From: Candidatus Bathyarchaeota archaeon | GTDB lineage: Archaea > Thermoproteota > Bathyarchaeia > Bathyarchaeales > Bathycorpusculaceae | Assembly (NCBI GenBank): GCA_963707955.1 | Contig: OY970176.1 | Span: 1,120,001-1,184,000 of the forward strand | Length of the DNA: 64,000 nucleotides | Reading direction: 5' to 3' | Part shown: piece by piece, positions 58,606-64,000 of the stretch | Position numbering within the stretch: the stretch's first letter is position 1 | How the letters are laid out: the number at the start of each line of letters is the position of its first letter | Notes under the pieces: generated by a model | Seen by the model: only the letters and a program-made list of their open reading frames with translations | Databases searched by the model: none | Told to the model about the DNA's origin: nothing | Position numbers and translations under genes: made by a program

Positions 58606-59201
58606 GATAGCTGTGCTCCTTGTTGTGACAAAAGAACTAAATGGCCATGACGTATTTATCGGTTGCTAGGCAAGAAAACTGTGAACTGTTTTAAGAAGGA
58701 TGAAAACGCGCCAGCCCGCTGGCCACTGAATGTGATCCCATCCAATATCAGCATGGGCAGTCCAGGATGCCTGACTCTGTATAGCACGCATGCTGCCTGT
58801 ACTCGCATTCTCACCAATCCATTTTGCCTTCCCACCTCCACCTAGGCTTTTTCTGCAGCTAGCACTGGCGACACGGCCTCAAGGCGATAATGGTGGAGTC
58901 TTTTCGTTAGTTGAGTTGCCATAACCATCGAGGTCGAACCGTGTGCTACTTTGCCATCTTCATTAGTTTCCTGCAACAGACGAGGAAGCTCGAAGCGTCC
59001 AAACTTTGACCTTGTTAATGCATGTTTCACGGAGACAAGACCCACGCAATTTCGTTATTTTTCAGCCTTCTTCACTCGTGCCAGTCTCCGAAAAAGACGC
59101 CATTGAATAATGAAGCCGCCAGCGCAGGCAAAATCTTAATCTCCCCTCAACCCTTACTTCAAACAAGACGCTGTAAGAAACATCAGCAGCTGGCACTGTG
59201 A

Positions 59202-61281
59202 ATGGATAATTACACTCTGATCATAGCCGAGAAGCCGGATGCTGCACAAAGAATCGCCTTGGCCCTCGACAAAAGGGAAAAGCCTAGGAAACTGTCGGAA
59301 AATGGCGTGCCCTACTACGTAGCTAAGCGTAACGGCAAGGAAATAGTCGTAGTTCCAGCTTTGGGTCATTTGTACACGATCGCTGCTGAGCGAAAGGGGA
59401 GAAACTACTACCCAGTTTTCAGTTTTAAATGGGTGCCGCGATACGTTGCCGACAGAAAAGCGACGCGGATTCGCAGCTTGGCTTCAGACCATCACGACAT
59501 TGGCAAAGAAAGCTGAAGCTTTTGTCGACGCTTGTGACTTCGACGTGGAAGGGTGCGTCATAGGATATTGCATACTTAAATATGCTTGCGGCGCCAAGGA
59601 GCATGAATCCAAACGCATGAAATTCTCCACTCTAACTAAGCAGGAACTCGAAAAAGCCTACGCTGAACCGTTACCGCAACTAGATTTCGGCCTGATAGAA
59701 GCCGGGCTTACGAGGCACGAAATCGATTGGCTGTGCGGTATAAACCTTTCAAGGGCCCTTACTGCGGCAACCAGAAAATGGAGCGGGAAATACGTAACAT
59801 TAAGCACGGGAAGAGTTCAGGGCCCAACTCTAAAGTTTCTAGTTGCAAGAGAAGAGGCCATCAGAAGCTTCGTGCCAACGCCATACTGGAAAATCAGAGC
59901 CCAAGTCGAAACGGACGGCCGAGTGTTTGAAGCGAGATACGTAAAGGAAAGAATTGAGAACAAGAAAGAAGCGGAGACCATAGCAAATTCCTGCAAAGAT
60001 AAGAAAGGACAGATTGAAAAAATCGGCATCAGAGAATTCAAGCATCCACCACCGTTTCCATTTGACCTGGGCACCCTGCAAAGTGAGGCTTACAGTCTGT
60101 TCGGCTTTGCGCCACGACGCACCTTGAACTTAGCACAACAGCTGTACCTGGACGCGCTGATCTCTTATCCAAGAACCGACAGTCAGAAGCTTCCATCGAC
60201 TATAGACTATGCAACCATAGTGAAAAACCTGGGAAAAGCCGAAGAATACTACAAGCTTACGTCAGAACTTCTCTTGAAGCAGACACTCAAACCTAACGAG
60301 GGATACAAGGAAGACCTAGCACACCCAGCCATCTATCCGACTGGAAACTTACCGCGGCGAGCTCTTGAAAACTCTAAAAGGAAAGTCTGGGATCTAGTCG
60401 TCCGAAGGTTCTTAGCAGTTTTCGGCGAACCCGCGGCAAAGCAGAACATGAAAGTCTACGTCAAGATCAACGGCCACCGCTTTCACTTCAGCGGAAGACG
60501 AATTTTGGCCCAGGGATGGATGCGCTACTACGAACCTTATGTCAAGTTTGATGAAGTGCTTCTACCGCCAACAAAAAAGGGACAGATTGTCAACGTCAAA
60601 AAAACACTTCTAGAAGAAGTGTTCAAAGAACCACCTCCACGGTACAATCCAAGCAGTCTGCTCAAGGATATGGAAGAAGCAAGAATTGGCACGAAAGCGA
60701 CCAGAGCCGACATAATGCAAACGCTCTATGACCGGAGATACATTGAAGGCGAAAGAATAACTGTGACCAGCCTAGGGTTCGAAGTTTTCGATGTCCTAGA
60801 AAAACATTGTCCACAAGTCGTTTCCACAGCTTTGACGAGAAGACTCGAAGAGAAGATGGACAGAATTCGAGAGAACAAAGAAAAAAGGGAAGATGCCTTG
60901 ACTGATGTCATCGGAATGCTTCACCCGTCGTTGGCAGCCTTCAAGGAAGAGGAGGAGGTCGTAGGAGAACAACTAAACGATGCTTTGGAAAGGTCAAAGC
61001 TAGAAGAAAGGATAATTGGCACTTGCCCGGTGTGCAAAACTGGAAAACTCGTTATAAACTACTCAAGGAAAACTGGAAAACGTTTCGTCGGCTGCACAAG
61101 CTATTTTAAAGGGCTGTGCAAAACCTGTTTCCCGCTACCACAGAGAGGCAAAGTAGGGTCAACTGGGAAAAACTGCCCTGCATGCGGTTGGCCAACTGTT
61201 GAAGTCTCCATGAAGAGACACCCATGGGTTTTGTGTTTCAACCTTGAATGTCCGTCAAAAACAGGAAATGAAAAAAGTTGA
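59202..61281 (+). CDS. topA: DNA topoisomerase IA (1-nt frameshift near 59475)
   Basis: IIAEKP and ALGHL in ORF 59202-59516; ACDFDVEG, GRVQGP, ISYPRTDS and Zn ribbons in ORF 59446-61281. Confidence 0.93.
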
Positions 61282-61511
61282 AATGTGCAATATGCAACAG
61301 AAAATCGCACACAGGCAAGTATTGTAGGTCGCACGAGAAAGCCTGCGAAAACATCTTTAGAAGTTATGAGCAGTGGAGAAAGGCATTAGAGATTTCTTGG
61401 AAAGAGTATTTAAGTCAGATTGCCAACAATCCATTAACAGGAGAATGGACGAAAGAAGTCGTCCAACATCTGTTGAAAAGTGGAGAGCAGGCAAATGTCA
61501 AGGACGGTTAA
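61278..61511 (+). CDS. Small hypothetical protein (CxxC...CxxH) coupled to topA
   Basis: MKCAIC...YCRSH; start overlaps the topA stop. Confidence 0.7.
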   Translation: MKCAICNRKSHTGKYCRSHEKACENIFRSYEQWRKALEISWKEYLSQIANNPLTGEWTKEVVQHLLKSGEQANVKDG

Positions 61512-61926
61512 GAAAAGCATCTCGTCGTTGTCATTTTCACTAAACAAACTTTATAGGATGATCTCAACGACAAAACCATCAGATCTCTTAATTCCACTAC
61601 TCTCGATAGCTTTTGCCGTATTCTGTTTCGGAGGCGGGCTGTACGACTGGATAGTGAAACCGCTTCCAGCCGTCTATTACAGTGGGCGATTCCTGTTTCT
61701 CTACCCGTCGCTTTCCGACCAGTTCATAGGCGACACCGTTGTTGCCATAACTTGCTACGCCCTTGGAATTATCGGCTTGCTGGCAGTATATCAGAGCACC
61801 AAGTACGTGTACAAGCCAAGACAAGCCTACATGATGCTGATCATAGGAATCGTTCTCGTGCTGTTGGCATACATACTTCTCCAAGCCTCACTACAGTTTA
61901 AGTTGAGCGGAGGAGCAAGTTATTAA
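61495..61926 (+). CDS. OST3/OST6/OSTC(DC2)-like three-TM oligosaccharyltransferase accessory subunit
   Basis: GGGLYDWIVKP...FLYP..SDQFIGD.......ALG..GL pattern recalls OSTC/OST3; near aglB. Confidence 0.65.
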   Translation: MSRTVKKSISSLSFSLNKLYRMISTTKPSDLLIPLLSIAFAVFCFGGGLYDWIVKPLPAVYYSGRFLFLYPSLSDQFIGDTVVAITCYALGIIGLLAVYQSTKYVYKPRQAYMMLIIGIVLVLLAYILLQASLQFKLSGGASY

Positions 61927-61946
61927 AGAGAGTACATCGCCAACCA

Positions 61947-62444
61947 CTACCAAGGATTGCTTTTTAGCCTCAACTTGTACGCAAAGAAGTTTGTTAACAG
62001 ATGAACTGGAGGAGTAATTATTAGAACTGTAACAAACAGCTGCCAACTCCACGGCATATAAAGAGGAAGCGAGAAAAGAATCGCACCCATTATGAAGTCC
62101 AGTTGATCTACAACTGGCAACAATCCGCCTGGAGGAATGGCAAGTCTCCGTTTTACAAAGGCTCCAGCCAAGTCTCCCAACAGAGCGCCCAAAGACAGCA
62201 GTAAACCAAACATGATATGATAATTGAAGACCAGACTCTCTGCCAAACCTGCTACCGTTCCGACAGCCAGCCCGGCAAAAAAACCTCGAAAAGTCTTGTT
62301 TTTCCCGAACACGGGCCTTCCATCAGAAAGCTTTTTCCCAAAATCCATAGCTGGCCCACCACCAGCAAGAACAGGAACGGCGTTCGCACAATACGCAGGA
62401 AATATAAACTCTAACGCTCGAGAGACTATCTGAACTAAGTCCAT
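61947..62444 (-). CDS. carS: CDP-archaeol synthase
   Basis: PAYCANA, D.G....DGRPVFGKNKTFRG, GDLAGAFVKRR, DQLDF, K..PW. Confidence 0.93.
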   Translation of the reverse strand: MDLVQIVSRALEFIFPAYCANAVPVLAGGGPAMDFGKKLSDGRPVFGKNKTFRGFFAGLAVGTVAGLAESLVFNYHIMFGLLLSLGALLGDLAGAFVKRRLAIPPGGLLPVVDQLDFIMGAILFSLPLYMPWSWQLFVTVLIITPPVHLLTNFFAYKLRLKSNPW

Positions 62445-62474
62445 TCTACATACTCCCGTTTATTAAAGCTGATA

Positions 62475-63170
62475 CTAGTGTATTCCACGTTCTTCAATTC
62501 TTAAGCTGCAAGTCATTGGAGGAAGGTTTGCCGGGTTCTTTTCCACCGTTGCCTCGATTGCTTGAGGATTTTCAGTGAGCTTCATAGCAATAACCGTGTC
62601 AGCCCAGAACTTTAGGACTCTCGTAGCAACAGGCGCGATGCTCACAGGAACTTCATCCAGAACGCTGTGAACCTGACTGGTCAGCAAAACCACAATTCTC
62701 TGGGTCCTAGCAGCCTGTGCTAGGCTTGCCAACTGTCTGTTCAGTTCTCGGTTAAGCTCAAACGTTTTTGGCGGAGACTCTGCAATCCTAAGGCGATACA
62801 GTGACGTTATTGTGTCGAAGACGACGAGCTTGAAATTCTGGTTTACATAATCAGTCAACTGATCTACGACGGTAGTTTGCTCACGAAAATCATTCGGTCT
62901 GGCTAGAATTATCAGTTCCGGAACTTTGGACTTTTCAGGAACGATTTGAGAAAGCCTTTGAGCTGAAAATGTTCTGTCAGAATCCACGAAGAGCGTTTTG
63001 TAGCCTTGCTTCCCGCAGCTTGTGGCACACTGCATGGCTAGTGTTGTTTTTCCAGTTTCAGCCTCGCCGTAGATGAGGGCAACAGTGTCAACTGGGAAAC
63101 CCCCTTTCAGGAACTCGTCAATTGGTCTGCAATTTGTTGGAATTTCTTTAAGCAAGTCCGTGCACGTCAA
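62475..63170 (-). CDS. radB: RadB-like RecA-family ATPase
   Basis: IDEFLKGG, YGEAETGKT, VFDTITSLYR, short core-only length. Confidence 0.85.
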   Translation of the reverse strand: MTCTDLLKEIPTNCRPIDEFLKGGFPVDTVALIYGEAETGKTTLAMQCATSCGKQGYKTLFVDSDRTFSAQRLSQIVPEKSKVPELIILARPNDFREQTTVVDQLTDYVNQNFKLVVFDTITSLYRLRIAESPPKTFELNRELNRQLASLAQAARTQRIVVLLTSQVHSVLDEVPVSIAPVATRVLKFWADTVIAMKLTENPQAIEATVEKNPANLPPMTCSLRIEERGIH

Positions 63171-63236
63171 CAGATATAAACGGCCGAACTATAATGTGTT
63201 TTTGTGTTCAAAAGTCCCGAGCGTCTTGATAGTTGT

Positions 63237-63890
63237 ATGAAAGCGAAGATAGCGGTTGCAACAGTTTCAGGGAAAGCCTACTTTCTTATCGTAAGCGAGC
63301 TTAAGAGAAGGAATGTTCCTTTTCTAAGCTTAACTCCATGTGAACCTGTTCCAATAGAGATCAAAGTTGTCATAACCACCGAAGAGGAAAAAGAATTGAT
63401 AAACCATGAAGAAGTACTGGCCTACAAGAATGGAATGGAAACAGAAGCCTTCATAAACGAAGCCTTGCAAATTGTTCAGGGAAAGGGATCGTTTGAAAAA
63501 GTGACCATAGGTGTCGACCCAGGTGAGGTTTTTGGACTGGCAGTTCTAGCAGGCGGCAGAGTGGTTGAAACAGGAAACTGTTACAGCCTAGAAGAGACTC
63601 TGCACAAAATAGAGACGATAATCAAGGGTCTTGAGAACACTCCAGTCTCAACGATTTCAGTAAAGGTCGGCGATGGAGTTCCTGCGTGCAAAGAAAGACT
63701 CTTGCGAGACTTGGACAACGCACTGCCACCCAACGTGGTATTAGAAAGCGTGAGAGAAGCTGGTACAAACCGTCGGCTGAACGAAGCGAAACACAGAAGA
63801 GGGTTAAGAGATATTGTTTCGGCGATTCAGATAGCAGGGAGAAGCGGACATTCGTTTCAAAGGAGGAAGCCATGTGAATCGCACGGTTGA
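63237..63890 (+). CDS. Hypothetical protein with RNase H-like (GVDPG) domain
   Basis: IGVDPG..FGLAV, VKVGDG, E..T, D..SA..IA. Confidence 0.7.
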   Translation: MKAKIAVATVSGKAYFLIVSELKRRNVPFLSLTPCEPVPIEIKVVITTEEEKELINHEEVLAYKNGMETEAFINEALQIVQGKGSFEKVTIGVDPGEVFGLAVLAGGRVVETGNCYSLEETLHKIETIIKGLENTPVSTISVKVGDGVPACKERLLRDLDNALPPNVVLESVREAGTNRRLNEAKHRRGLRDIVSAIQIAGRSGHSFQRRKPCESHG

Positions 63891-64000
63891 AAATGGCAAG
63901 ACTCTTCTAGTTGATGGCCCGGCCTCGGTCACTCTGAATTCAGGCAAAGTGGAAGTTTTCGGGTCAGCGATAAGTGAAAAAGGTAAAGTTGTTATACGTG
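63874..64000 (+). CDS. Clp1/Grc3-like polynucleotide kinase, N-terminus (runs off window)
   Basis: GTG after GGAGG; MNRTVENGKTLLVDGPASVTLNSGKVEVFG resembles the N-terminus of archaeal Clp1-family proteins. Confidence 0.55.
   Translation, partial: MNRTVENGKTLLVDGPASVTLNSGKVEVFGSAISEKGKVVIR

Noticed and set aside
58620-59200. Short ORFs 58656-58841, 58663-58845 and 58842-59045 as genes
   Set aside because: No recognisable motifs or RBS, and they overlap each other on opposite strands.
59446-59516. Programmed ribosomal frameshift in topA and the other split genes
   Set aside because: No slippery heptamer at the junctions, and the shared RGCY context favours sequencing error.
3429-63877. Many 60-190 aa ORFs antisense to or overlapping the annotated genes
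   Set aside because: They are shadow frames of well-supported genes with no family motifs.

Overview
Archaeal chromosome segment, most consistent with Bathyarchaeia (TACK). This is inferred from gene content: PolB1, AglB plus an OST3/OSTC-like subunit, a TackOD1-like protein, intron-containing tRNAs, and the proteasome-exosome superoperon. Conserved blocks (about 3.0-4.8 kb, 22.2-42.1 kb, 47.7-64 kb) alternate with three accessory patches: about 0.3-2.96 kb, about 6.1-22.1 kb downstream of tRNA-Leu with a 16-bp att-like duplication at 13123, and about 42.1-47.6 kb with an integrase relic. Five signals stand out. (1) A palindromic (A)GCGCGCGC(T) motif sits in most intergenic gaps of the two larger accessory patches. 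It abuts stop codons and lies where gene or repeat fragments are cut, suggesting a cassette-assembly system without attC sites. (2) A triplicated AACATTA-N7-TAATGTT recombination-like core occurs in the third patch. (3) A structured leader with preQ1-II-like pseudoknot topology can cover the SD of an archaeal queT. (4) A recurring ~70-90 bp promoter module precedes unrelated accessory genes. (5) Several single-base frameshifts fall at RGCY sites, probably methylation-linked base-calling errors. All calls were made by eye, with no database searches.
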